Assembly: GCF_009914755.1 (NCBI RefSeq)
Contig: NC_060941.1
DNA: 64,000 nucleotides
From: the human T2T-CHM13v2.0 reference genome, Homo sapiens
Strand: one strand, 5' to 3'
Made by a program: the position numbers and the translations under genes. Shown here piece by piece: positions 18,766-45,664 of the stretch; position 1 is the stretch's first letter, and the number at the start of each line of letters is the position of its first letter. The notes below the pieces were generated by a model. It was not told where the DNA came from and ran no database searches. It saw only the letters and a program-made list of their open reading frames with translations.

Positions 18766-18946
18766 TTGTGGGAGGGAATCAATCAGAAGTACTTTCCATT
18801 GTTCATCTTCAAGGCAGTGCAAAGGGAGTAGCCTTTGATCCTTTTGTTACTTTGCTGTGGAGAGATTTTCCTTTTGATTCAGTTCTAGGAAGTCAGTGCT
18901 AATTGCCTTTAGGTTCCTTGCCTCCAGACCCTATTCTCGCGCCTCA
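18766..18946 (-). mobile_element. MER51-family LTR, 5' ~180 nt only
   Basis: Reverse complement aligns by eye with 12748-12932. Confidence 0.85.
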
Positions 18947-19885
18947 CTAGTACCCATCGTGTACTTTTAAAGTTCCTGCAACTCAATAATAAAACCCCAA
19001 TAACTAAATTTAAAAATGGGTAAAAGATTCCCATGGATGAACCTGGAGGATACGTTATGTGAAAAACGTGAGGTACTGAAAGATAAATACTGCATAGTCT
19101 CACTTATGTGTGGAATCTAAAAAAGGTCGAACTTGGCCAGGTGCAGTGGCTCATGCCTGTAATCCTAGCACTTTGGGAGGCTGAGGCAAGGGGATCACTT
19201 GAGGCCAGGAGTTAGAAACCAGCCTGGCCAATATGGCAAAACCCCCATCTCTACTAAAAATGCAAAAATTAGCCAGTGTGGTGGCATGTGCCTGTAGTCC
19301 CAGTTGCTCAGGAGGCTGAAGTGGGAGGATTGCTTGAGCCTGGGAGGTTGAGGCTGCAGTGAACAGAGATAATGCCACTACACTCCTGCCTGGGCGATAG
19401 GGTGAGACCCTGTCTCCAAAAAAAAAAAAAAAAATTGATGAAACTCATAGAAGCAGAGTCAGATATGGTTACCAGGGGCTGGAGAGATGGGGTGATGTTG
19501 ATCAAAGGATACCAAATTTCAGTTAGACAGCAGGAATAAGTTCAAGAGGCCTATTGTAAAACATGGTGACTACAGTTAATAACAATGTATTGTATTCTTG
19601 ATAAAAAAATAAGTAAAAGATTAGAACAGGCACTTTGTGAAGAAGACACATATGAGTAGCCAATTAACCCATGAAAATGTTCAATATTGTTAGTCATCAG
19701 GGAAATGTAAATTAAAAGTACATTTCACATCCATCACACACCATTTTATACCCTCAAAATTGCTAAAATTAAAATAACCCACAAAGTCAAATATTTGTGA
19801 GGATGTGGAACAACCAGAGCTCTCTCACACATTACTGGTCCAATCACTTTCGGAAAAGGCCTGGGAGTTTGTCTTTTCTTCCTCT

Positions 19886-19923
<38 letters not shown>

Positions 19924-20460
19924 AGATGGAGTCTCACTCTGTCACCCAGGCTGGAGTGGAGTGGTGTGATCTTGGTTCACTGCAACCTAGGCCTGGGAGT
20001 TTCTTGTAAAACTAAACATGCATCTACTCTCTGACCCAGTGTCCCACCCTTTGGTGTGCACCAAGAGGAATGAAATATATTTTCACCAAAAGACTTGTAC
20101 TATAATGTACGTTTCTGGTTTACTCACAGTAATCCCAAACAGGAAGCAGCCCTAGCAGCCATCCATAGGAAAATGCTCAACTGTAGTAAATTCATTCATT
20201 GGAACACTACTCAGTAATAAAAAGGAATGAGTCACTGCTACCCACAACATAGATGAATCTCAAAAGCATTTTGCTGAGTGACAGAAGCCTTAAAGGAAGC
20301 ATGCTCTATGGTTCCATTTAAACAAAGTTCTAGAAGAGGCTAAATAAATCCATGTTGGAAAAAAATCAGGACAGTGAATTGCTTTGGGAGATTGTCAATG
20401 AAGACTGACCAGAAGGGGCATGAGGACAGTTTCTGGGGTTATGGTAGTGTTCTGCAAGAA
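18947..20460 (+). mobile_element. Old L1 (L1ME-like) 3' region with a younger L1 3' fragment plus Alu nested at ~19030-19610 (TSD GTAAAAGATT)
   Basis: CAACTCAATAATAAAA, TTAGTCATCAGGGAAATG, GATGAATCTCAAAAGCATT motifs; duplicated GTAAAAGATT at 19020 and 19613. Confidence 0.75.
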
Positions 20461-20819
20461 CTCCATGAGCCAGTCTCTGGTAGCCTCTAATCTGCTTTCT
20501 GTCAAATTCACAGAGACAGAAAATCAGATTAGGATACAAATCTACAAATTTTGTAGAGTTCTTGCCATTTATCTATTTGTTTTCTGTATGTCTTATATGG
20601 TTTTTGGTTCCTCAGTTCCTCCATTACTGCCTTTTTTGTATTTAGTTGATTTTTTGTAATGTTTCATTTTGATTTCTTTCTTCTTTCCTTTTCTGTCTTT
20701 TTTTAGTAATTGCCTAAGTGGTTGCCTTGTAAATTACATATGACATCTTAAACTTGTAACAACCTAGTTTGAAAAATACCACCTTAGTTTAAGTAGTACA
20801 TAAACACTCTCGTCCTATG

Positions 20820-21345
20820 TCCAACAGTAAAAGTTAATGGAAGATTATAGCAACCCAATAAAAATGAGATCACTAAGGCCTCAGATCCTTCAGGAATAAA
20901 ATTTTAGGTTATTCCTCCAGATACAGAACGCTGATCAGCTGAGAGGGTGGCTGAGGGCAAAGGTAGCAATGAAACAGATAGTGAAAGAAGGAAGTTATAA
21001 ATATTAATGATGGTCTCTGACTAGTTATAGTAAAGAAGACTGTAGTAAATATGCATACTTTAGTCTGTTTGTATTTGTATATATGAATCAATTTCAGTTT
21101 TATTTCTCTTTTCTCCAGCTATTTTACATAAGGAAAGTGGGTGGTGATTAACCTCAGAGTCTCCAGGGACAGACTATCCAGGACTGTGCCTGAAATAGAA
21201 GAGGAATTAACATCATACAGAACTGAATACGGTGACTGAGGGGAGTTTGTGTCTCCCCTTTTAGGAAAGAAGATGAGAATAAGTATGAAGGAGAGTCATG
21301 TACTGTACATTAAGCAAAAGCATGATGCTGTTATTTGAAATGTTA
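20820..21345 (+). mobile_element. ERVL internal 3' region fragment
   Basis: CAGATCCTTCAGGAATAAAA...GCTGAGGGCAAAGG...GTGAAAGAAGGAAGTTATAAATA resembles the ERVL-int 3' end. Confidence 0.55.
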
Positions 21346-21450
21346 ATTAGAGGTGCCCACTAAAAACTGCTCAGCAATTTTCTTGGAGACCTCAGTGCTC
21401 ATGTTATTCTTTCCTCTATCTTATGTTTTCCTCTCTCCTGCCCTTTTCAG

Positions 21451-21555
21451 AAACAGTCTACAGCAGAAGCCATTGACCCTGTTCAAATTACAGAAGAGCC
21501 CTTTTTGAATTTATGAAAATCCTGAAATATTAAAATTTATTATTTTAATATTAAT
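21451..21555 (+). ncRNA. Candidate terminal exon
   Basis: Long pyrimidine tract TTTTCCTCTCTCCTGCCCTTTTCAG ending 21450; ATTAAA at 21529-21534 followed by AT-rich sequence. Confidence 0.3.
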
Positions 21556-22367
21556 ATATTAAATTAATATATTAATCTACCCGCCTCGGCCTCCCAAAGT
21601 GCTGGTATTACGGGCATGAGCCACCGAACCCAGCCTCATGTTATGACTTTCCAACCATAATTTAGTGTTAACAAAGTAATCACAAAAGTAATATATTAGT
21701 TTGAAATTAGTAATGCCCACCAGATTCAATCACTAAAAAATGTGATATCATTAAAAACCATTTTTCTACATGTTAACAAGAGCCAACTTCTGTCCCAAGC
21801 AGGTTGAATTATCACAATTTCCTGATAAGCAGAGTCCAGCTTCCTAATTCAAACTCTCAAACTCATTGTTAAATAAGCCCAGAGGAGTTGGACATTTTCC
21901 ATCACGCATGTGGGAAGAAAGAAGGCCAACGATGCTCTTCAGATTTAACAAGTAAACCTTAAAAGTATCTGTTAAGAATACAGAGATGCCCATGACAACA
22001 CTATCACCAGAGCAACAACTATCAACTAAGGTAACCATGTAGAAATAATGTCCTTTTTGTAGGTCTTCTTTTCTTCCTTTTTCTTTTTCTTCTTTTCCTT
22101 TTTTTTTGGTGCAAGACATGGCAACAATTTCTAAAGTCTATGTTTACATTATACTTGCAAGAAAAGGCTTATTTTAATCACAGCACAAGTGGGTAACTGT
22201 TACAGATATTCACATGACTCTGCACTTCCCATTTGACAGCAGAGGGCAGGATTGTGGTGGCCGCTCTCAAGTTACCATCATCACAAATCAGCTTATTTAA
22301 AACAGTTTATTATGATTATAAATAATCTAAAATATTTTATTTAAAATAGATTATTTAGAATAAATTA

Positions 22368-27465
<5,098 letters not shown>

Positions 27466-27499
27466 GGATAAGTTGGGTGGGGAAGGAGAGGGCCCCATT

Positions 27500-28000
27500 A
27501 CAACTGTTAATCACTCCAAAACTTAGTGGCTTAGCACGACGACATTTTGCTTTACTTTTTCGTGGTTCTGGAAATTGGTTGGTATAGTTCTCTCAGGATC
27601 TCTGATACAGTTGCAGGGAGATAGGGGCTGGTACTTGATTCATCTTAAAGGCTTCACTGAAATATCTACCGGTTGACACTAGTTGTTGGCTGGGCCCTCA
27701 GCTGGGGCTGTTGACCAGAACACTCCATGTTGCCTCTTCATGTAGCCCGGACTTCCTGATAGCACAGCAGCTGGGTTCCAACAGCAAGTCTGGGGCTACA
27801 CTTCCTGGGAACAAGGAAGAAGCTATCTCACCCGGACTTGGAAGTGACATGGCCTCACTTTCACCATAGTCACAAGCCCTCCCAGATTGAAGTGGAGAGG
27901 TTCTACCTCTCAACAGAAGTGTCAAAGTCACCTTGCAGGAAAGAGGATGTGGGATGGGAGATATCACTGTGGCCATTTTGGAAAACACCATCTGCCACAA
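27500..28000 (-). mobile_element. Old MaLR LTR (MLT1 family)
   Basis: CCAAAACTTAGTGGCTTA, CTCAGCTGGGGCTGTTG, GGCCATTTTGGAAAAC motifs. Confidence 0.6.
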
Positions 28001-28117
28001 AGACCTGTAAGGGCCTAAGTACTGAAGAGATTACACTCATCCCACCACCCAAATGTATTTCAAATACAAACAACTCTAGACCATAAAATAGGGGCAATGC
28101 AGCCCAATAAAGTATGA

Positions 28118-28411
<294 letters not shown>

Positions 28412-29582
28412 TAGCCAGGATGGTCTCAATCTCCTGACCTCATGATCTGCCCGCCTCAGCCTCCCAAAGTTCTGGGATTACAGGCTTGAGCCACCACGCC
28501 CAGCCATCAAATACTGTAGAGATATATTCTTTTTCTTCACTCTCTTTTTTCTTAGGGGGTTGCCTCTGCTTTGCTGGTGCCCTAAGTGTGTGCTCAAACT
28601 ATATGGTGGATGCTCCAGCCTGGGGTAAGGGTGTTTTGGGCAGAGGGAGGAGAACATGAAAATAAGTTAAACAGCAAGATTAGGTACACTTGGATGGGTA
28701 GAAACCAGAGGGAGAATGGTGAGACACGATGCTGGAAGGCTGATAAGAAACAGATCAGGAAGAGCCTTGTGGGCCAATCATAATACTGAGCATCAATAAC
28801 AATAGCACGCATTCTGTTGTTCTTAGTATTCTAAGCACTTTTCATAAGCACACATTTAACCACTCAACAACCCTGAGAGATAGGTAATATGATGGTTTTT
28901 TTTTTTTTCTGAGACAGTCTTGCTCTGTCGCCCAGACTGGAGTGCAGTGGCGTGATCTTGGCTCACTGCTACCTCTCCTGGGTTCAAGCCATTCTCCTGT
29001 CTCAGCCTCCCAAGTAGCTGGGATTACAGGCGAGCGCCACCACTCCCGGCTAATTTTTTTTTTTCAGTAGAGACGGAGTTTTGCCACATTGGCCAGGCTG
29101 CGATTATTTCATTTTATGGATGAGTTAAACTGGTTAAATACTTTCTTCAGGCTCACACTGCTAGTAAGAGGCAGAAATGTGATTTGTGCCCAGGAAGTCT
29201 GGCCCCAGAACCTGCTCCCTTAACTGCATATTACTAATCAAAGGAGTGTGCACTTCAGCCTGAAGGTGAAAGTGAGTGATTTCCTAGAATATGAAATTTG
29301 ATTAAAACAAAAGTAGAGAATTTCACTAAAACCTTCTGGCCTGATTTTGGATACCTTGGGAAATACAAACTCAAGAATGAAATGTTACATCCTTTTTTTA
29401 AGGTATACTATACATATGATTGTAACTCATGCCTGTAATCCCAACATTTTGGGAGGCCGTGGCGGGAGGATCACTTGAGGCCAGGAGTTTGAGACCAGCC
29501 CGGCCAACATAGTGAAACCCTGTCTCCACTAAAAATACAAAAATTAGCCGGGAGTGGTGGCTCACGCCTGTAGTCCCAGCTA

Positions 29583-29775
<193 letters not shown>

Positions 29776-30857
29776 TCACAGACATGATGTTGGGTGAAAG
29801 AAGCCAGATGCAAAGCGTACCCCTTCATGAAGTCCAGGAACTGGTGATGGAGGTGCTAGAGGACAGAAGAGTGGTTATCTGGGGCTAGGCATAGTGACTG
29901 GGAGAAGGGCATGAGAGAGCCTCGGGGTGTGGAAACCGGCTTTTCGGGTCTGCAAGGGTCGCTGGGAAGTGTAGTCTTTTGTTGGGGGCGGAATGAGCTG
30001 CTAAAAGGCAGGGTCCTTTTACACCAACGTTGATAGAGATCGATATTTATTCCTGCTACACTGACAAAAAGGAATTGTACACGAAGAAAAAAGGCAGACA
30101 TTTAGAGAAGAGGAATTAACGGGCAGGTTCATAGGAGGGCTGCTAGAATCTATCAATCTCACACTACCGTTTCCTTTTTCTTTTTTTTTTTCTTTTTCTT
30201 TTTGGACCTTGCGTCTTTTCGCGCCAAAGTCCTAGAGACAGAGCCTGATTGGCCCAGCCACGACCTGTGCCCATCCATTGGTGGAGACCTCTTGATTAAC
30301 AATCTTTCAAATTTCCGGAGCGACCGAGGGACTGACTGACAGCCTCGGGAGCTTACGCGCATCCCTGAAGCGGGCGCCAGCAAGTCCTTGGGGAAAACGC
30401 TGCCTGTACCCAAACCATAACCACGCGCTTGTCCCCTGCGAAGTGCTTCCCGAAAGACCCCCAAGGCAATTTTAAAGTTGCGGACACCTGAACCTGCTCC
30501 AGAGCTGGCTGGAAGCAGGAGCTGCCTCCCCAGGATGGGGCAGAATTTGCATCTCTCCACTTTCAATTTAAGGTGAACAAAGCAGAAAAGCAAGTAACTT
30601 ATCACGATCAAAATGCAACATCTGATTCCCTTACACCTACCAGGAGGACAGTGCCTATTCCACACAGAGCCAGAAACCTGGAGAGAGGAAACAAAGAATG
30701 TAAGTGAATTCTAGGCAGCAAGCATTTTTCCATCCCTCAGCTAAGAGCCCTGCCACCACCTGTCCGTCTTCAGTAATACACTGGTTGACACTTTTTGAGA
30801 CCCCAATATAGCGCTGAGCACTGCCCAACCTAAAAATGACTATTATTTTCCAGTCAC

Positions 30858-32793
<1,936 letters not shown>

Positions 32794-33029
32794 GTCAGTT
32801 ATTTTTAACCTGTGTATTTGACCTCACTCACTAGAGCCCTGACAAAATGGTTGCTTGGGGAAAGCTATTTTTGGAAAACTTCTCCAACTATAACTCATAA
32901 GGTGTAAAACTGTCACATTTGTCCAGAACGTAATCTAAGGAAACTGTCATACAGTTCCCAAGGACATTTTCCTTTACCAGAGGCCCCTTTCAAGGTACGG
33001 CTATTGGATTACTCCAGTTGCCACCCTTG

Positions 33030-33425
33030 TCTTAAAGGAAAAACTCAGCTGAATTAAATTTAGCAGAGTTTATTTGAACAAGAACGATTGGCAAATCAGG
33101 TAGCCTCAGCCAGAGTAGGCTCAGGGACTCCAGTACAGCCATGTGGTGGAAGAAGATTTACAGACAGAAAAAGGAAAGTGAGGTATGGAAAATGGAAGTG
33201 AGGTACAGAAACAGCGGATTGGTTACAGCTCAGCATTTACCTTACTTGAACAGAGTTTGAACAGTAGGCCACCTTTGCATTGGCCAAAATGCAGTGACTG
33301 ACACAAGAGTAGGCTACAGTCTGCTTACAACTTCATTTAGGTTATAGTTCACAATGTGCAGAGAGACCTTTAGGCCAAACTTAAAATACGTAAGGAGGCA
33401 GCTTTAGGCTAAACTTGATTTAACA
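33030..33425 (-). mobile_element. MER57-family solo LTR
   Basis: Ends GGAGGCAGCTTTAGGCTAAACTTGATTTAACA. TSD CTTG at 33026-33029 and 33426-33429. Confidence 0.85.
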
Positions 33426-34320
33426 CTTGCAAATATACAAATATGTTCTGGTAATGATTTGCATGTTTTCTCACAGGGTAAAAGGCATTTCCGTGCAGAA
33501 AAGCAACAGCCTTAGGAGTAAGTAAAATTCCCTTAACCAATCAGTATATAAAATGTGGCCCATTCTCCAACATTTACAATGTGTTCATCATTTGTAGTTA
33601 CCTGGGTTAATAAAACAGATAAATGCAGCCAGTTGTGATGGCTCACGCCTGTAATCCCAGCACTTTGGGAGGCCAAGGCAGGCAGATCACTTGAGGTCAG
33701 GAGTTTGAGACCACCCTGGCCAACATGGTGAAACCCCATCTCTACTAAAAATACAAAAATTAGCTGGGAGTGGTGGTGCATGCCTGTAGCCCCAACTAGT
33801 TGGTAGGCTGAGGCGGGAGGATAGCTTGAACCCAGGAAGCAGAGGTTGCAGCGAGCCGAGATCACTCCACTTCACTCCTGCCTGGGCGATAGAGCAAGAC
33901 CCTGTCTCAAAACAAGACAAAACACAACAAAATAAAAACGCATAAATGGAATAATCAAAACTCAAGGCTGGGCAAGGTGGCACACACCTGTAATCCCAGC
34001 ATTTTGGGAGGCCGAGGCAAAAGATCACTTGAGCCCAGGAGTTTGAGACCAGACCAGGCAACATAATGAGACCCCCATGTCTACAAATAATACAAAAAAT
34101 TAGCTGGGCATGGTGGCATACACCTGTGGTCCCAGCTACTTGGGAGGCTGAGGTGGGAGGATTGCTCGAGCCCAGGAGTGAGCCATGATCATGCCACTGT
34201 GCTCCAGCCTAGGCAACAAGTTAAGACCCTGTGTCTTAAAAAAAAACAACAAAAATAAGCCGGGCGCGGTGGCTCATGCCTGTAATCCCAGCACTTTAGG
34301 AGGCCGAGGCGGGTGGATCA

Positions 34321-34891
<571 letters not shown>

Positions 34892-35109
34892 TTAACTGAG
34901 GCTTTTAAAATTCCTTAGCCAAAAGCTCTTCCTTCCACTGGTTCTGCTTCATCTAGGTTGACCCCCTTTTGGTAAGCACCAGCTGGGGATTTTGAATCTC
35001 CATTCAAAATCATAATCGCAGACCTATGAAATTATCTCCAGAAAACTGTACATCTGTAACAGTAAAGGGAGACAGATCCAGATATTACAATGGTCTTATG
35101 AAACAATTA

Positions 35110-35520
<411 letters not shown>

Positions 35521-35616
35521 TTAATTAATTAATTAAATTAAATGAAAAACACAAACAAGAAAACTCTCTTCAATCAAAACGGTATGGACCTTATCAGTTA
35601 CTCCTTAGTAGCCCTT

Positions 35617-36224
35617 TGGGATAGTGACAGGAGGCAGTCAAATGCCTAGGCAGATAGGGGTGGGTCCCTGGTGAAACCCGACCTTTGAACTGAAGACAGT
35701 GCCACGTAGATCCTTGGATAGGATCGAGAACCTGTCTTCCCGTTTGGCATGCTTTCCTCTGATTGATCCCCACTCTTCACCTATTTTACATATACCTACC
35801 CTTTCCTAATTGTTTTTTTTACACTGCCATGCTCATCCTTTAGTGGTGTCTTTGCTGTAGCCTTTCTTTGATACTCACAAACCAATCAGTATCTACTCCC
35901 CTATTCTGAACCCATAAAAGCCCTGGACTAAGCTAGGGGGAACCACCCCCTGCATCTCCTCTCTGCTGAGAACTATTCCATCACTCAATAAAATTCTTCT
36001 CCACCCATTCTCACCCTTCAATTGTCAGCATATCCTCATTCTTCTTGGATGCAGGACAAGAGCTTGGGAACTGCCAAACATGGGTACAAGCTATAGCACA
36101 GGCAGGCCGATTGGGTGGGGCACCTCCAGTGGCTGGCCCAGGGCCAAGCAAGGCCCAGGCTAGGGGGCGTCACTGCCTGTGGAGGTCTCCAGTTGGCAAA
36201 GTGACTGAGAAAAATCCTGCATCA
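35617..36224 (+). mobile_element. MER50-like ERV1 LTR
   Basis: TGACAGGAGGCAG..AAATGCCTAGGCAGATAGGGG, CCAATCAG, CCCATAAAAG, CTCAATAAAATTC, ends AAAAATCCTGCATCA. Confidence 0.6.
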
Positions 36225-36226
36225 TT

Positions 36227-36729
36227 TGTGAACGCAAAATATCTGAGTCAGGTCTCAGTCAATTTAAGAAAGTTTATTTGCCAAGGTTAAGGATGAGCCT
36301 GTGACACAGCCTCAGGAAGTCCTGAGACGTGCCCAAGGTGGTCAGGGGTATAGTTTGCTTTTATGCATTATAGGGAGACATGAGAAATCAATAACATATG
36401 TAAGATGTACATTGATTCCATCCAGTAGGGGAGGATAACTTAAAGTGGGGGCTTCCAGGATAGAAGTAGATAAGAGACAAAAGGTTGCATTCTTTTGAGT
36501 CCTTGATCAGCCTTCCACTGAATACACAATTTAGAATGGCTCAGTGAATATGCATTTTCACATAAGCAATAGGGCAGAGGAAGCAATCAGATATGCATTT
36601 GTCTCAGGGGAGCCTCAGAGGGATGACTTTGAATAGAATGGGAGGCAGGTTTGCCCTAAGCAGTTGCCAGCTTGACTTTTCCCTTTAGCTTAGTGATTCT
36701 GGCGTCCCAAGACTTATTTTCCTTTCATA
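36227..36729 (-). mobile_element. MER4A-like LTR
   Basis: AGTTTATTTGCCAAGGTTAAGG, GTGCCCAAGGTGGTC; ends CCCAAGACTTATTTTCCTTTCA. Confidence 0.8.
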
Positions 36730-37172
36730 CCTTATACCACAAAATTAGAAGACAGAGACCCTTGGATTCACGTCTCAGAAGGCTGAGTCAACTAAATGTG
36801 GACTATTTCACCAGGTGATACCCTAGGATGGTTCTTTGGGTTATGCCTGGGCACAAGGTGAAAAAGTTCATACCCTTTTTTTTTTTTTTTTTTTGAGACG
36901 GAGTCTCGCTCTGTCACCCAGGCTGGAGTGCAGTGGCGTGATCTTGGCTAACTGCAAGCTCCGCCTCTCGGGTTCACGCCATTCTCCTGCCTCAGCTACA
37001 GGCGCCTGCCACCATGCCTGGCTAATTTTTTTTGTATTTTTAGTAGAGATGGGGTTTCACCCTATTAGCCAGGATGGTCTGGATCTCCTGACCTCGGGAT
37101 CCACCCGCCTCAGCCTCCCAAAGTGCTGGGATTACAGGAGTGAGCCACCGCGCCCAGCCTACCCTTTCAAAC

Positions 37173-39333
<2,161 letters not shown>

Positions 39334-39393
39334 AAACTCACAGATCTCCCTCATTTACAATCTTGTTGGATTCCTTCTGTATTCCATTGGCAT

Positions 39394-40149
39394 TGAGGAC
39401 TAAGCTCTGATTTTTTTCTTATCTTGCCCAAATTTCTATTTAAGGGGTCTGGGGAGTCATGCCCTACAAACCATAAATTCTCACCAGATGGGTTTTATTT
39501 AACCCTATATATTGTCACTTACTTTCCAACCTGACTCCGGCATAACATTATGAGACAAAATAAAATCAAAATATTTTACCCCAAAACATGTTTCTTTGCC
39601 ACATCTTAAAATGGCCCTGCAAAACTGTCCTTTGTCGGGGAAAATTTGCATTTGTAAAGAATCTCTATTAACATAGCTAGATCTTTTTCTTCCAGGCCCT
39701 CCCAATCTAAAAGAGATTAAGAGTCTAGCACCTTTTAAAGGCCTGAATAGGAAACATTTGTCATCTGTTGTCTCACAGGGCAGCTACTATAAGACTTTAA
39801 AAGAACCTTGGTCTCCACAGTCTTTTATCTTAACCTGAACATTTCCTTTCTATGATCCCAGGTCTTTCGACAAACTCAACCAATTGTCAACCAGAAAATG
39901 TTTAAATTATCTATAGCCTGGAAACTCTAGCTTTGAGTTGTCCCACCTTTCTGGGCCAAACCAATGTATTTGTTAAATGTATTTGATTGATGTCTCATGC
40001 CTCCCTAAAATGTATAAAACCAAGCTGCACCCTGACCACCTTGGGCACGTGGTCTCAGGACCTCCTGAGTTACAGGCCATGGTCACTCATATTTGGCTCT
40101 AATAAATCTCTTCAAATATTTTTACAGAGCTTGACTCTTTTTGTTGACC

Positions 40150-40150
<1 letters not shown>
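39394..40150 (+). mobile_element. MER4E-like LTR
   Basis: TGAGGACTAAGCTCTGATT start; TGTATAAAACCAAGCTG and AATAAATCTCTTCAAATATT 3' motifs. Confidence 0.7.
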
Positions 40151-41845
<1,695 letters not shown>

Positions 41846-41847
41846 CA

Positions 41848-42069
<222 letters not shown>

Positions 42070-42131
42070 TCACTGAGCCAAGATCATGTCACTGCACTCC
42101 AGCCTAGGCAACAGAGCAAGACTCTGTCTCA

Positions 42132-42554
<423 letters not shown>

Positions 42555-42663
42555 TCACAAAGTCACTTCCTTCATGTTTTTTTTAAATTTGGCCTATACT
42601 GGCCGGGCACGGTGGCTCACGCCTGTAATCCCAGCACTTTGGGAGGCCGAGGCGGGCAGATCA

Positions 42664-42924
<261 letters not shown>

Positions 42925-42979
42925 TCATCCAATTCCACTTTCACCATAAGACATGGTATCTTAGGAATGAATCTTCCTA

Positions 42980-43174
<195 letters not shown>

Positions 43175-43422
43175 TTAAAAAATTAAAAAGGAGTTAAAAC
43201 TATTGAGTTCATCTACAATGCTTTCTTCAAAAGATCTTGATGAAAAGGGGAAAATGTGAAAATAAAACGTAAAAGCTGTTGGAACACCCAAAAAACACGT
43301 TAAGACTTGAGAGAGATGTGACTGTGATTTGAGTCACATGTGGTTACAATGTCTGCTCTCAGATTATAGATTAACTCACTTTCTTAGTTTTCTTGTCCTG
43401 TACAATGACTAGAGAGAACTAA

Positions 43423-43623
<201 letters not shown>

Positions 43624-43793
43624 TAATTTTGTATTTTTAGTAGAGACGGGGTTTCTCCATGTTGGTCAGGCTGGTCTCGAACTCCCGATCTCAGGTGATC
43701 TGCCTGCTTTGGCCTCCCAAAGTACTGGGATTACAGGCGTGAGCCACCATGTCTGGCCTTGCCTTCTTAATTAATGACCCTTGTTAAATATTA

Positions 43794-43973
<180 letters not shown>

Positions 43974-45129
43974 TCAGGAGGCTGAGACAGGAGGATCACT
44001 TGAGCACAGGAGGCAGGGGCTGCAGTGAGCCGAGATCATGCTATTGCACTGTAGCCTGGGTGACAGAGCAAAACCCTGTCTCAAAAAAAAAAAAAAAAAA
44101 AAAAAAAAACCCTGTCTCAAAAAAAAAACAAACTTCTCTTTTTTGTCCTGCTGTGCTTAGACTAGATGACAGAAACCTCATGATTATTAGACCCTCTGCA
44201 AAAAAAAAAAAAAAAATGTTAAATGTACCCTTCCCAAAAGAAGTACTACCTATAATTAATCAATTTGCTGTAACCGTGTGCTATCCTTGTATGAATAATG
44301 TTGTAATCTTGCAAAACTCCTCTGTCTCTGCCTATACAAATGAAATCGCTAAACGTCCCTATTTTGAAACGCTGACCTCATTCCTTTGGAGTTGGTGTTG
44401 GTAGCCTAGCCTTACACTTTGTGACTGAATAAACTCTCTTTAAATTAGATTCTGACCCTTTTGATTATTTTACATTGATGGAGTTTACAAAGTATAATGC
44501 ACATTGTTAATTTTTTCTCAGTTACTTAAATTTTATTCACATGGTTCAAAAGCATTAAGTTAATACATTAAAATAACAATAAATAAAAAGTAAAGAATTC
44601 ACTTAGTGACCTGTTCCCTCATTCTTATCCCCCCATCCCAGTTTCCATGTCCCATCCTTTGTGTGGTTTCTGAGCCTAGCTCCTTATGGATCTGTGTTTT
44701 GATTGGGCTGCAAATATTCACTCCTGTCACCTCTCCCCATTGTGGTAGAGTTCACTTCTCTTTTTGGCTGACTTTGGGCTTTGCCATATGTAGTGTACTT
44801 CGTTTGGGCACAAGTGAAAGTGTGTCATATCCAAGCAGAGGCTTTAGGAGGACTGATAAGTTCCCCCTAGACCTCTTGCACTCTTGCCATCTGCCATGAC
44901 AAGGACTTGCCCCAGGTAGCCTCTGTACCTTCAGACTGGGTCCCAAAATGAGAGACATGTGGAGCACATGTGAACCTAATCGGCAGCCCAAACCACCTGA
45001 CCTACAGATCTCTGAGCAAGAAAATGTTGGTCGCAAACCAATTTTAACAATGGTGGGGGGCAAACCAATTTTAACAATGGTGGGGGCAGTATTTGTTAAT
45101 TTTTTTTTTTTTTTTTTTTTTTTTTTTGA

Positions 45130-45288
<159 letters not shown>

Positions 45289-45664
45289 TAGTAGAGACGG
45301 GGTTTCATCATGTTAGCCAGGATGGTCTCGATCTCCTGACCTTGTGATCCGCCCACCTCGGCCTCCCAAAGTGCTGGGATTACAGGCGTGAGCCACCGCG
45401 CCCAGCCAATATTTGTTAATATTATCACAGTAAAATCAAGTCTCACTTTGCTTTTTTAAACTTTATATATGTCACTAAGATATGTAGTGACTTCTCCTGT
45501 TGGTGCATAGAGTTACTTCTTTGAGTTTCATGGTATTACAGTGTGTGGCTATACTCCGATGGATTTAACCAGGCTTCCATTAATGGATATTTGAGTTGGT
45601 TCAATCTTTTGCTATCAAAAATAAGGATGTATTACATAGTCTTGTACATACATCATTTTGCATA

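Noticed and set aside
30159-30665. 168-aa minus-strand ORF in unique DNA
   Set aside because: Starts at a non-ATG codon, ends in a poly-A-derived Lys run, and has no recognisable domain; kept only as a regulatory candidate.
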